Source: Verrucomicrobiota bacterium
GTDB taxonomy: Bacteria > Verrucomicrobiota > Verrucomicrobiia > Limisphaerales > UBA9464
Direction of reading: 5' to 3'
NCBI GenBank assembly: GCA_041688515.1
Contig: JBDNHZ010000085.1
Coordinates: 1-47,769 of the forward strand
DNA: 47,769 nucleotides
Under the pieces are notes generated by a model. That model searched no databases and had not been told where the DNA came from. It saw only the letters and a list, made by a program, of their open reading frames with translations. Of this stretch, positions 27,513-36,615 are shown piece by piece. Numbering within the stretch: position 1 is the stretch's first letter; each line of letters opens with the position of its first letter. The position numbers and the translations under genes were made by a program.

Positions 27513-27702
27513 GCCTGCCGCGCAGTGTGCCGGGAGGGAGGAATCCGTACCAAGATCTCAGTTAATCAGAATCCCGTTCCTGACTTTCCCCGAAGGCGAT
27601 GGCAGGTTCTGTTCTACTCATGCATTGCTGCGGGTTCTTGAATGGTCGTGGTCTGTCGGTGGACGGGATGTCCGCCGGGCAATGCTCTGGGGGTGAGCGC
27701 CG

Positions 27703-30573
27703 ATGACTTCGCCGGGCAAACCCTCCGTGGCCCTCCGCACGCTCTCTTGGCTGGCCGGTGCGCTGTGCCGACATTCGGCATGGTTCCTGTGGCCGCAGTT
27801 GCTGTTGTTCGTCGCCTGCGTCGCTGTGACCGTTCTCCGCCTGGAGTTCGACATGGATCGCAACGCCCTGGTCGGGGCGGACAAGCCGTCGCACCGGAAC
27901 TTCCTGGCCATGCTTCGGGAGTTTCCCAGCCAGGACGACCTGGTCGTCGTGGTGGAGAGCGATGAACCGGAGAAGAACCGCCAGGTCGTCGAACGGTTGG
28001 GAGCGCGTCTGGAGGCGGAGTCCACTTCCAGGAACCCAACCAACCTGTTCGGGGACGTGTTTTACAAGGGCGACCTGCGGCTGATGGGGCGCAAGGCATT
28101 GCTGTTCTTTCCCCAGACCAACCTGGTCGAGTTCTCACGGGCGCTGGCGGATTACCGGCCGTTCATGGACCAGTTCACGAGAGCCACGAACATGGCGGCG
28201 CTGTTCCGGCAGGTGAACCAGCTGATCCGGACCAGCGGGAACCAACGGAGCGAAAAGACCGACCAGTTCCTCGCCGCGTTGCCCGCCATGGAACGGTTGC
28301 TCCGGATGGCGACCGATTCTCTCTCCCGCCCCGGCACGCCACCGTCCCCGGGAGTGGAGGCCCTTTTCGGCGGCGGCACCGAAGCCGAGCGGGCGAAGTA
28401 CATCACCTTGGGCGGCGGGCGGATCTATCTGGTCTCGGTCAAACCTCCGATCGTGAAGGTGACGGCGTCCGACCTGCAGCCGTCCTGGTGGGAGAGGATC
28501 CGGGGCAAGCCCGCCGAGGTTTCCGAGAAGCGCATCGAAGAAACCCGGTTCTCGCGACAGGGCCGGGTCAACCGTGCTGCGATCCGTCGATTGCGGGTCT
28601 TGGTGGCGGAAGTGAGCGCCGAGGTGCCCGGCGTCAATCTTGGGGTGACCGGCGAAGGCGTGCTCAGCTTCGATGAGATGAATCAGTCGGAGACCGACTC
28701 GATCCGGGCGACGCTCCTGTCGTTGGTGATCTGCGCAGGAATCTTCGTGGTGGCCTACCGGCAGACGGGGCGGCCATTGAAGGCGATGGTCTGCCTGGTG
28801 GTGGGACTGGGTTATACCATGGGTTATACCACTCTGGTGGTCGGCCACCTGAACATCCTGACGATCACTTTCGCTCCCATGCTGATTGGCCTGGCGATCG
28901 ACTTCGGCGTTCACCTGGTGACCCGCTACGAGGAGGAATTGCGGCATGGCCGCACCGAACAGGAATCCATGTTCAAGGCCGTGGTGTACACGGGGCAGGG
29001 AATCTTCACCGGTTGCTTCACCACCGCCGGCGCGTTTCTGGCCATGTCGTTGACCGACTTCCGGGGTATTCAGGAAATGGGGATCATCAGCGGAGGCGGC
29101 CTCCTGCTGTGTCTCGTCCCCATGCTCACCCTGCTGCCCGTCCTGCTGCTGCGGGGCAAACGTCAGAATCGCCTGGATGAAGTCACGGGACGCCGGCAGG
29201 TGCAGGACGATGCGCTCGCGTCCTCCGAGGTGAAGGGACAACCGACGCAGGTGCCCGAGTTTCGTGCGCGTGTTGAAAGGTACTGGCTGGATCGCCCGTG
29301 GACGGTCGTCGGCGTGGTGCTGGCCCTTTCGGTCCTGGCGGCGGTGCGGTTGCCGCGGGTGTACTTCGATTACAACCTCCTGAACATGCAGAGCGCCGGG
29401 TTGCCGGCCGTGGTGTTTGAACACAAGCTGATCGCGTCGTCGGAAAAGTCGGTGTTGTTCGGAGCGATCGTGGCGGATTCGCTCGAGCACGCGGCGGAGC
29501 TCGAGAGCCGACTGAAGGCGTTGCCGAGCGTCGCCTCGACCGATTCGATGGCGCGGTACCTGTCGGAGGACCCGACGGACAAACTGAAATTCGTGCGGGA
29601 AGCCAGATCGAATCTGGCGGGCTTGAAGTTCGCGCCGGTGGATGCAGGTCCGGTGGACCTCACCGACCTGAGTCAGCGGTTGTTTGGCTTTGCCGGCTAT
29701 CTCGGGCTGGCGGCGGATGAAGTGGCCAAAACCGACGATCCGGCACTGGCAACCCGTCTTCGGTCGATCCGTGACGCGGTGAAGGAACTGCGGGTGGCGA
29801 TGTTCCGGGGCGATCGCGACGCCAACGCCGCCAAGTTGGGTGCCTTCCAACGAGCCTTTCTCGGGGACGTGCAGGAGACCCTCTCGGCCATCCGCGATCA
29901 GGATGATTCGGGTCCGCTGACCATCGCTGACCTGCCGGGTCCACTGCGAAACCGGTTCGTTGGCAAGACGGGCAAACATCTGGTCCAGGTGTACCCAAAG
30001 CACGACGTGTGGAGCCGGGTCGAACAGGAGACCTTTGTGCGCGAACTGCGCTCGGTGGAACCGAAGGTGACCGGAACCCCGGTGCAGTTGTACGAGTACA
30101 CTTCGTTGCTCAAGAACTCATATGTGGAAGCCGCCTGGTGGGCGCTGGGTGCCATCACGATCCTCGTGTTCCTCCACTTTCGATCCGTCGGTCCGGTCCT
30201 CCTGGCCCTTCTGCCGGTGGCGGTGGGGACCTTGTGGATGACCGGGTTCATGGGCTGGATCGGGATTCCCTTCAACCCCGCCAACATCATGACCCTGCCG
30301 CTGGTCATCGGGATCGGGGTCACCAATGGGATCCATATCCTCAACCGGTTCGCCGAAGAACGGAACCCGGACATCCTCGGCAAGAGCACCGGCAAGGCCG
30401 TTTTGGTGTCGGGCATGACCACCATCGCGGGATTTGGAAGCCTGATCGTGGGCGAACACCAGGGCATCCAGAGCCTCGGCTGGGTCATGGCGGTCGGCAC
30501 CGGTACCTGCATGATCGCCGGGCTGACCTTTCTTCCGGCCGTCCTCACGCTCCTCTACCGCCGCCGGCCCTGA
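27703..30573 (+). CDS. MMPL/RND superfamily transporter (HpnN-like)
   Basis: 956 aa with two 6-TM bundles separated by large periplasmic domains, the typical MMPL/SSD layout (..LTITFAPMLIGLAIDFGVHL.. and ..MTLPLVIGIGVTNGIHIL..). No hopanoid genes in the window, so the HpnN label is family-level only. Confidence 0.75.
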   Translation: MTSPGKPSVALRTLSWLAGALCRHSAWFLWPQLLLFVACVAVTVLRLEFDMDRNALVGADKPSHRNFLAMLREFPSQDDLVVVVESDEPEKNRQVVERLGARLEAESTSRNPTNLFGDVFYKGDLRLMGRKALLFFPQTNLVEFSRALADYRPFMDQFTRATNMAALFRQVNQLIRTSGNQRSEKTDQFLAALPAMERLLRMATDSLSRPGTPPSPGVEALFGGGTEAERAKYITLGGGRIYLVSVKPPIVKVTASDLQPSWWERIRGKPAEVSEKRIEETRFSRQGRVNRAAIRRLRVLVAEVSAEVPGVNLGVTGEGVLSFDEMNQSETDSIRATLLSLVICAGIFVVAYRQTGRPLKAMVCLVVGLGYTMGYTTLVVGHLNILTITFAPMLIGLAIDFGVHLVTRYEEELRHGRTEQESMFKAVVYTGQGIFTGCFTTAGAFLAMSLTDFRGIQEMGIISGGGLLLCLVPMLTLLPVLLLRGKRQNRLDEVTGRRQVQDDALASSEVKGQPTQVPEFRARVERYWLDRPWTVVGVVLALSVLAAVRLPRVYFDYNLLNMQSAGLPAVVFEHKLIASSEKSVLFGAIVADSLEHAAELESRLKALPSVASTDSMARYLSEDPTDKLKFVREARSNLAGLKFAPVDAGPVDLTDLSQRLFGFAGYLGLAADEVAKTDDPALATRLRSIRDAVKELRVAMFRGDRDANAAKLGAFQRAFLGDVQETLSAIRDQDDSGPLTIADLPGPLRNRFVGKTGKHLVQVYPKHDVWSRVEQETFVRELRSVEPKVTGTPVQLYEYTSLLKNSYVEAAWWALGAITILVFLHFRSVGPVLLALLPVAVGTLWMTGFMGWIGIPFNPANIMTLPLVIGIGVTNGIHILNRFAEERNPDILGKSTGKAVLVSGMTTIAGFGSLIVGEHQGIQSLGWVMAVGTGTCMIAGLTFLPAVLTLLYRRRP

Positions 30574-30684
30574 CCGCTCCGGTTGACCGCCCCTCCCGGG
30601 ACCGCGGGCGTCCTCGCCTCAAATCCATTCAGAACCCGGACTTGACGGGGCGACGGCCCATTTCTAGCGTTCGCGCCTCTTGTT

Positions 30685-30760
30685 GGTGGCCGTAGCTCAA
30701 TGGTAGAGCTCCAGATTGTGGTTCTGGTTGTTGCGGGTTCGAGTCCCGTCGGTCACCCCA
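30685..30760 (+). tRNA. tRNA-His (anticodon GTG)
   Basis: Cloverleaf folded by hand. G-1 is present. Acceptor GTGGCCG/CGGTCAC. D-arm GCTC-AATGGTA-GAGC. Anticodon arm CCAGA-TTGTGGT-TCTGG. T-arm GCGGG-TTCGAGT-CCCGT. Discriminator C and an encoded CCA. Confidence 0.92.
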
Positions 30761-30789
30761 ACCCCTCCTTCTTCCCTTTTTCTTTTCGG

Positions 30790-31827
30790 ATGCATGCTTG
30801 GTGGAGCCCCGAGGACTCCGTTTCCCTTCTCGAATCCGAGCTGAAACGGGCTTTTCCGGGACAGACCCTGATGTCGTTGGCTCCCGGTTTTCAGGGCGTT
30901 TCATCGGGGACATTCACCACTCCGCCTCCGGTCATGGCGTTCGCTGCCCAGGCGTTGCCCGGCGCAGAATCCGTCCTCGTGCCGTCGATTCGGGTCATTG
31001 CCGAGAGCCTTGCCTCCCGCATCCTGACGCAGTTTCGCGAGGACGCACCCTGGCGAATGCACGTCGTCCCCTGCTACGGACGGGGCTCCGCCGGGGAACA
31101 CCGATGCCAACTGATCGACGAAGCGGTCGTTGAAATCCTGCGCAAGCGCAGCCGGCAACGGCTGCGCGGGCGTACCACGGATCCACAACCGGTCCGGACC
31201 GGGGAGTCCTGGCTCCAACTGCTCCTGACGTCGCCGGAGGCGGCGGTGTTGTCGGTGGCCCCGGCTCCGATGGCTCACGAGTGGCGTTCGGGCCTGGTCC
31301 CATTTCCGGCGGGTCGCATTCCGGTGGCGGAGGACAAGACCGCGCCGAGCCGGGCGTTTGCAAAGCTGGTCGAGTCCGAGCTGCGTCTGGGGGCCAGCAT
31401 CGCCGCGGCCGAGTCCGTGGTGGATCTCGGGGCCAGCCCGGGCAGTTGGACCTACGTGGCCGCCCGCCGCGGTGCCCGGGTGACGGCCGTCGATCGGTCC
31501 GAGCTCCGGGAGGACCTCATGCGCCATCCGAAAGTGACCTTCCACCGCGGCGACGCCTTCACCTTCGAACCGGCCGCTCCAGTGGACTGGCTCATCTGCG
31601 ATGTCATCGCCGCGCCCGATCGGAGCATTGGACTGGCGATCGACTGGGTGCGACGCGGTTGGGCCCGACGATTTGTGGTGACGATCAAGTTCAAGGGGGT
31701 CGCGGAATACCCGAAGCTCGATCGGTTGAAGACGGAACTGGCACCGTTGTGTGCGGAGTTCCGCCTGGCACGACTCTGCGCGAACAAGAACGAGGCCTGT
31801 GTGATCGGGGAACGCCGGGGTGGTTGA
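30790..31827 (+). CDS. rlmM: 23S rRNA 2'-O-ribose C2498 methyltransferase RlmM-like (FtsJ-type SAM MTase)
   Basis: APSRAFAKL.., SAM site VVDLGASPGSWT, ..VDWLICDVIAAPDR.. and ..FVVTIKFKG parallel E. coli RlmM (DLGACPGGWT, WMVCDMVEKP, IFNLKLP). The ATG at 30790 was chosen because the longer ORF overlaps the tRNA. Confidence 0.7.
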   Translation: MHAWWSPEDSVSLLESELKRAFPGQTLMSLAPGFQGVSSGTFTTPPPVMAFAAQALPGAESVLVPSIRVIAESLASRILTQFREDAPWRMHVVPCYGRGSAGEHRCQLIDEAVVEILRKRSRQRLRGRTTDPQPVRTGESWLQLLLTSPEAAVLSVAPAPMAHEWRSGLVPFPAGRIPVAEDKTAPSRAFAKLVESELRLGASIAAAESVVDLGASPGSWTYVAARRGARVTAVDRSELREDLMRHPKVTFHRGDAFTFEPAAPVDWLICDVIAAPDRSIGLAIDWVRRGWARRFVVTIKFKGVAEYPKLDRLKTELAPLCAEFRLARLCANKNEACVIGERRGG

Positions 31828-31900
31828 GTACCCGGGCGGCGTCATTCCCTGAATGGAGGGGAATCCAAGTCCGCACCCTTCATCCCGAAGCGCATGGAGC

Positions 31901-32668
31901 CTACCGTGCGGCCTTCGATCCCTCCGCCGCCAGGGCGGGCATGATCACATCTCGCGCATACGTGACGTCGTGGGGGAAATCGATCTCCGTCCAAGGTTGG
32001 CCCGTCACGTCTTCGTAGCCAAACAAGCCAGCCACCGTGAGGGCTCGCAGGACGTCATCGAGCGAATCACGCCGCCGCAGCCCAGCGGTGCGGGCACGGG
32101 TCTCGGCGGCCAGCATCGGGAGATGTTCACCCGCAACCTTGAAGAATCCCACCGACTCGCCCACGCGATCGGCGGTGCCAACCCATTTCTTGACCAGATC
32201 AAACGGGCGACCGCTGCGGATGGGAACGAGCACGGGATCGTCGTCTTGCGCTTCCACCCCGAAGTCCACCAGCAGGGTGGAGGGCTGGGGCGAATCGATC
32301 AGGCGCCGGAGCAACGCCGGTCCGTAAAGCACATCCCCGTCCATGACCAACAGGGATTTGCCGGACGGTTCGATCACCGACAGCGACACGAGCATGCTGA
32401 TGACACTGCCCTCGGTGAAATCCGGGTTGTGCAGTTCGTAGATCCAGATCCCGTGGCGGGCGGAAAGCTCGGGCAGGACGGCGGCGATCTGTTCGCGGCA
32501 ATGGCCGGTGACGATGAACAGGTTTCGGACGCCCACGGTCGCCAGGTTCTCGGCATGCCGATCCAGAAGGGTCCGTCCGGCCACCGGCAACAGGATCTTC
32601 GGCGTGTTGGCGAAACCAGGCCCCAGCCGGGTTGCCCGGCCGGCGGCATAAATGACAGCGCAATCCAC
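31901..32668 (-). CDS. Sugar/alcohol-phosphate nucleotidyltransferase (NTP_transferase fold, LicC/IPCT-like)
   Basis: N-terminal AVIYAAGRATRLGP....PK.LLPV motif (GxGxRl...PK signature) and a later MDGDVLY segment. Confidence 0.7.
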   Translation of the reverse strand: MDCAVIYAAGRATRLGPGFANTPKILLPVAGRTLLDRHAENLATVGVRNLFIVTGHCREQIAAVLPELSARHGIWIYELHNPDFTEGSVISMLVSLSVIEPSGKSLLVMDGDVLYGPALLRRLIDSPQPSTLLVDFGVEAQDDDPVLVPIRSGRPFDLVKKWVGTADRVGESVGFFKVAGEHLPMLAAETRARTAGLRRRDSLDDVLRALTVAGLFGYEDVTGQPWTEIDFPHDVTYARDVIMPALAAEGSKAAR

Positions 32669-32728
32669 CCCTGACGCTACCCGCCAGGTCGCCGTTTGGC
32701 TACGGCGACGTTACGGGGTGTGACGTCG

Positions 32729-32838
32729 AGGTCGCATCTTGACGCGGCCCCTGATCAGTTGGGCGGCGACACCCACCTGGGTAGCTGCCGACGTGAGGAG
32801 GCGGATGCCTCCGTGCGTTGCTTCGTCTGGCGATCCGG
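32729..32838 (+). repeat. Composite repeat: family-B left end + half unit of hairpin family A
   Basis: GGTCGCATCTTGACGCGGCCCCTGATCAGTTGGGCGGCGACACCCACCTGGGTAGCTGCCGACGTGAGGAGGCGGATG parallels 35137-35214 almost base for base. The right arm of the A hairpin is missing. Confidence 0.8.
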
Positions 32839-32840
32839 GA

Positions 32841-32868
32841 GCGATCACACTTTGCAAAGTGTGATCGC
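32841..32868. repeat. Perfect 28-bp palindrome (repeat family D)
   Basis: GCGATCACACTTTGCAAAGTGTGATCGC is its own reverse complement. An imperfect second copy is at 20964-20991. Confidence 0.9.
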
Positions 32869-32939
32869 AATCGGGGCGTCGTTGAAAGCGAGCGTGCTCG
32901 CCCGCTCTTCCCCTCCCTGCGACCCAGCGGCCGGGGGCG

Positions 32940-33929
32940 TTATCCGGTCCGTCCCCGCGCGCCGCTCGCGTAGAAAAGAATCCAGCCGACAGCGACAAAG
33001 ACGATTTCTCGAGCTCGGCGGAGGACGGCGTAGGCGATACACAGGGGTTCCGGGAGACCTGCGGTCCGGCCGATGAGGAGGATTCCCCCTTCCTGAACCC
33101 CCATGGATCCGGGCACCCACATCCCCATGACCTTGGCGACTCCGACGAAGGCCTCCAGCACCAGGGCCTGGGCCACGGTGACCGGTTGCCCGAGCAGACG
33201 TGACACTAGGTAGATCTCCGTGGAGTCGAGCAGCCAACCGGTAAGGTACGTGCCGGCGCTGGCCAGGAATCGACCGCGTTGATGCCGGTAAAAGCCGGTG
33301 ATGGTGGCGTCCGTTTCCTCCAACTTCTTCCGACGTGACTCCAGCCAGCGGGGTTTCCAGCCGAACAGACCGGTGATCTGCCGGACCGTGGCGAACACGC
33401 CACGTTGTTGGATCCAGAAGAGGACCCCGAGCGCGGCCAAACCCCCACCGAGCACGCCGCTGAGACTCTTGCGCAGCCAGGGGACGTCGGGTGCGATCTG
33501 CAGGAAGATCGCCGCCGCCGCGCAGATGAAGATCAGTTGCGCGAGGGTCTGCGCCGACTTGGAGACCACGGCGGCGGTGGTGGCGATCGTCGGATCCACG
33601 CCGCGTTGGCGGAGGAGATAGACCTTGAGTGCCTCCCCTCCGACATAGGCCGATGGGATGACGTTGTTCATCGCTTCACCGATCCACCGGATCCGCCAGA
33701 AGACGGCGAACCCCACCGGGATGCGGCCCGTAAAGGTGAGACGCCACCCAACCGCGTCGACGACGTATACCAGGAAATAGGGAAGAAGCACCAGCGGTGC
33801 GAGCACCCCCAGACTCGCAAACGCTCCAAAGGCCTCCTGAATCCCGCTGCGTCCGACATACCATCCAAACGCCCCCAGGCCGGCGGCGAGAAGACCCAAC
33901 CGAAGCCCGAGCCTGACTGCCGGTTTCAT
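32940..33929 (-). CDS. Flippase-like membrane protein (UPF0104 / lysyl-PG synthase TM-region family)
   Basis: The ATG at 33929 (MKPAVRLGL..) overlaps the upstream stop (ATGA). About 8 TM segments with ..NNVIPSAYVGGEALKVYLL.. typical of the family. Confidence 0.7.
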   Translation of the reverse strand: MKPAVRLGLRLGLLAAGLGAFGWYVGRSGIQEAFGAFASLGVLAPLVLLPYFLVYVVDAVGWRLTFTGRIPVGFAVFWRIRWIGEAMNNVIPSAYVGGEALKVYLLRQRGVDPTIATTAAVVSKSAQTLAQLIFICAAAAIFLQIAPDVPWLRKSLSGVLGGGLAALGVLFWIQQRGVFATVRQITGLFGWKPRWLESRRKKLEETDATITGFYRHQRGRFLASAGTYLTGWLLDSTEIYLVSRLLGQPVTVAQALVLEAFVGVAKVMGMWVPGSMGVQEGGILLIGRTAGLPEPLCIAYAVLRRAREIVFVAVGWILFYASGARGRTG

Positions 33930-35110
33930 CGGGACGAAACCGTTCCGGCACGGCGCGGAAACTGGAGCGCCAAGGCCAGAATCCAAAACACGTGGCTGCC
34001 GATGGCCGCCATCCAGAGGAACCATCCGAGGCGATCCGCGACCGCCAGCGTCAGGACGAGCACCGAGAAATCGCGGTTGGTGGCGGCGTCGATCAGCTTC
34101 TGGAGGCGACCGTCCGATCCGCCCGGACGACGCATCCCTCGAAGGATGACGGCGAAGGAAATGAATCCGCCGATCAACGCGCTGCCGCCCAGCCAGAGAT
34201 GCGGGCGATCCGTCCCATGCCGCCACAGGCCGAAGGCGATCCCGGCGAAAATCGAGGCATGAACCACCTGGTCGCCGATCAGGTCGAGCCACTTGCCGAG
34301 CGGTGATTCCTTGAACACCGCCCGTGCAACGTCGCCGTCAACGCAGTCGATGATCGCCGAGAATTGGAAGAGAAGGGCGGCAGCGATCGAAAGCGTCGGG
34401 TCCCCCATTCCAAACATCGTCCCCGCGGTCACCCCGAGGAGCGTGGCCCCGATCGAAATCTGATTGGGCGTGACCGGCGTGTGGACCAACCACCGCGACA
34501 TCAACCAGCGTCCGATCGGCCGGTTGAAATAGCGGTCCACCGTGCCGTCGGCGCTGCTGCTGAGTGAGGCCCAGAGCTTTTCGCTGGCGGCGCGGGCGGA
34601 GGCTTCGTCCGTGATTCCGACTGCCACCCCGGTCGCTTTGACTTCCGGGAGTCCGGCCCACGGATCCCGGACGAGCGGCCCCGTCCGTTCAATGATTCCA
34701 GCGGGAAGCGGCCTTCCCTCGGCGTCGACCAAGCGACCTCCCGCGGCCAGGAGTCTTCGAAGATCCGGGGCGAGGACCAACAACCGTGTGTCCGCCACCA
34801 GGGTGCGGGCGTTCAGTCGGGACGGGGTGGGCACCACCTGGAACCGGATGCCCAACGCCTCCGCCCGGATGAGTCGGGGAGGAGGACCCTTGCTCACGAC
34901 GACGATCGGTTGGCATCCGGCGCGATGCGCGGCGACCACCAGACGATCCAGCAGCGTCAACGCAATGACCTGAAGTCCCGCGGTCCCAGGATCGGCCATC
35001 AGCACGGCCGGAGTGGGCGCGGGCGCGGCGGGAACTGGAGAAGCGACGGAGGCCACAGGCATACGAAAAGACAGGGCGGAGAGACTTCCGATTCCGGCAG
35101 TCCGTTTCAA
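33926..35110 (-). CDS. CDP-alcohol phosphatidyltransferase with N-terminal nucleotidyltransferase-like extension
   Basis: The motif DCVDGDVARAVFKESPLGKWLDLIGDQV fits D(x)2DG(x)2AR...G(x)3D(x)3D. About 170 N-terminal residues (..VIALTLLDRLVVAAHRAGCQPIVVVS..) resemble a degenerate NTP-transferase fold. The exact start is uncertain. Confidence 0.75.
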   Translation of the reverse strand: MKRTAGIGSLSALSFRMPVASVASPVPAAPAPTPAVLMADPGTAGLQVIALTLLDRLVVAAHRAGCQPIVVVSKGPPPRLIRAEALGIRFQVVPTPSRLNARTLVADTRLLVLAPDLRRLLAAGGRLVDAEGRPLPAGIIERTGPLVRDPWAGLPEVKATGVAVGITDEASARAASEKLWASLSSSADGTVDRYFNRPIGRWLMSRWLVHTPVTPNQISIGATLLGVTAGTMFGMGDPTLSIAAALLFQFSAIIDCVDGDVARAVFKESPLGKWLDLIGDQVVHASIFAGIAFGLWRHGTDRPHLWLGGSALIGGFISFAVILRGMRRPGGSDGRLQKLIDAATNRDFSVLVLTLAVADRLGWFLWMAAIGSHVFWILALALQFPRRAGTVSSR

Positions 35111-35136
35111 GCGGAAGGAGAGTTTCCAGTGCCCGG

Positions 35137-35338
35137 GGGCGCATTCTGACAGTGCCCCCGATCAGTAGGGCGGCGACACGAGTCTGGGTAGCTGCCGACG
35201 TGAGGAGGCGGATGTCTACGTGCTTCGTCTCGTCTGAGGTCCGCCTCGTTCCCTCGGCAGCTACCCCTCGAGCCGTTCGTAGCTGCCGACGTGAGGAGGC
35301 GGATGTCTGTCGGGCGGGGGCGGTGTCAAGATGCGCCC
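35137..35338. mobile_element. MITE-like element (family B) carrying 1.3 nested units of hairpin family A
   Basis: Ends are GGGCGCATTCTGACAGTGCC and GGTGTCAAGATGCGCCC. The interior holds a full A unit (35187-35265) plus a half unit (35279-35303), joined by the same linker as in the 47471+ array. Confidence 0.8.
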
Positions 35339-35453
35339 CCCGGAACAGAATGAGCCTCGTCACCTCGTCTCCTATGGGTAGGAGACGACGTCAGGAGACT
35401 CTGACTTCCATTCGAACGGGCCCCGACACACGAAGTCTGACCTGCGTCCGCTC

Positions 35454-35900
35454 TCACCCGAGGGTGAATCCCAGCGGGAGGAGTTCGCGCACGGTGTACG
35501 TCCGTTCCACGCCATCCAGATGCACGACGGCGTCCGGAGCGAGTTCCAGCAGCCATTGCCGGCAGGCACCGCAGGGGGCACGTCCGTTGGCACCCAGGCT
35601 CGAATCGGCGTCGAGACAGGCCACAGCCACGGCCTGAAAACCGCGGGCGCCGGCGGCAATGGCCGAGGACAACGCGTTGCGCTCGGCGCAGAGACAGAGG
35701 CCGTAGCTGGCGTTCTCCACGTTGCAACCGCTGAAGGGACGACCGTCGTCCGCGATCACCACCGCACCCACCCGGAACCTGGAGTAGGGCGCATAGGCAA
35801 AACGCGCGGCGGCACGGGCCGCCGCCAGGAGGGCTTCGCGGTTGGGCAGGGCGCTCTTTCCGGCGCTGAGGTCCGTCACTTGGCGGACGACTTCTTCCAT
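35454..35900 (-). CDS. cdd: Cytidine deaminase
   Basis: Zinc motifs C.AE (LCLCAERNAL) and PCGACRQ. Length is 148 aa. Confidence 0.9.
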   Translation of the reverse strand: MEEVVRQVTDLSAGKSALPNREALLAAARAAARFAYAPYSRFRVGAVVIADDGRPFSGCNVENASYGLCLCAERNALSSAIAAGARGFQAVAVACLDADSSLGANGRAPCGACRQWLLELAPDAVVHLDGVERTYTVRELLPLGFTLG

Positions 35901-36325
35901 TCCTCGATCTTGCTGACGAAAGCGCTCGGCCCGCCCTTGAGGTAACCTACCTGACGGCCCAGTTCCTTCCCGTCGGCATCGACGAGCACAAAGGTGGGGA
36001 AGCCAGAGACCGCGTACTTCTTCTGGAGATCCTTGTTCTGCTTCTTCAGGTCATCGGACTGGGGCTTCTTGTTGGGGAAATCCGCCTCGAACAGGACCAC
36101 GTTCTTGCCGGCGTAATCGGTGAACTCCTTCAGGTCGAGGGCTTCCTTCTTCATCTTGATGCACCAACCGCACCAATCGGATCCGGTGAAATCAATCAGG
36201 ATGACCTTGCCATCCTTCTTCGCCAGCGCCTGGGCCGCGGCGTAGTCGGTGGACCAGGCCTCGGCGGCGAGGACGGAGCAGACCACCGCAACGGTGGCAG
36301 TCAGGGCGAGCATCAGCTTTTTCAT
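35876..36325 (-). CDS. Secreted thioredoxin-fold protein (CGWC active site)
   Basis: Signal peptide MKKLMLALTATVAVVCSVLAA, and DFTGSDWCGWCIKM with the CxxC motif. The ATG at 36325 was chosen. It overlaps the cdd start by 25 nt. Confidence 0.85.
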   Translation of the reverse strand: MKKLMLALTATVAVVCSVLAAEAWSTDYAAAQALAKKDGKVILIDFTGSDWCGWCIKMKKEALDLKEFTDYAGKNVVLFEADFPNKKPQSDDLKKQNKDLQKKYAVSGFPTFVLVDADGKELGRQVGYLKGGPSAFVSKIEEWKKSSAK

Positions 36326-36382
36326 GGGGAGGATTATGAGTGGGTTGTGATCGATCTGCAATGAGGGGCTTGGACGGGGGGC

Positions 36383-36545
36383 GGGCGCATCTTGACACTG
36401 CCCCCCTGGGAGCGCGGGCGTCCTCGCCCGCTGCTGTGCACCACGAGCCCGAGCGGTCCCGCCATGCGGGACCGTGCCCCCAGGATTTGCCCGGCAAGGT
36501 CCGAGCTCCCACTTCTCGCATTGGGGGCGGTGTCAAGATGCGCCC
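36383..36545. mobile_element. MITE-like element (family B), 163 bp, in the trx/cysS divergent intergenic region
   Basis: Ends are GGGCGCATCTTGACACTGCC and GGTGTCAAGATGCGCCC (inverted). The C-motif CTGGGAGCGCGGGCGTCCTCGCCCGC lies at 36406-36431. Confidence 0.8.
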
Positions 36546-36615
36546 CGGGGGGCCTGCCCCGAGAATCCTCGAAGACGTCGCCGCTCCGTTTCGGTAGGCT
36601 CCCGCGCCGAAACCT

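Noticed and set aside
30630-30684. Sigma-70 promoter for tRNA-His (TTGACG at about 30641)
   Set aside because: A good -35 hexamer is present, but I could not find a convincing -10 at proper spacing. It is too weak to report as a feature.
30700-30789. 5' extension of the rlmM-like ORF
   Set aside because: The extension overlaps tRNA-His on the same strand, so the start was moved to the ATG at 30790.
36326-36615. T-box or other leader RNA upstream of cysS
   Set aside because: The structured part of this region is a bounded copy of MITE family B (36383-36545) that also occurs at unrelated loci. No specifier or T-box motif was seen.
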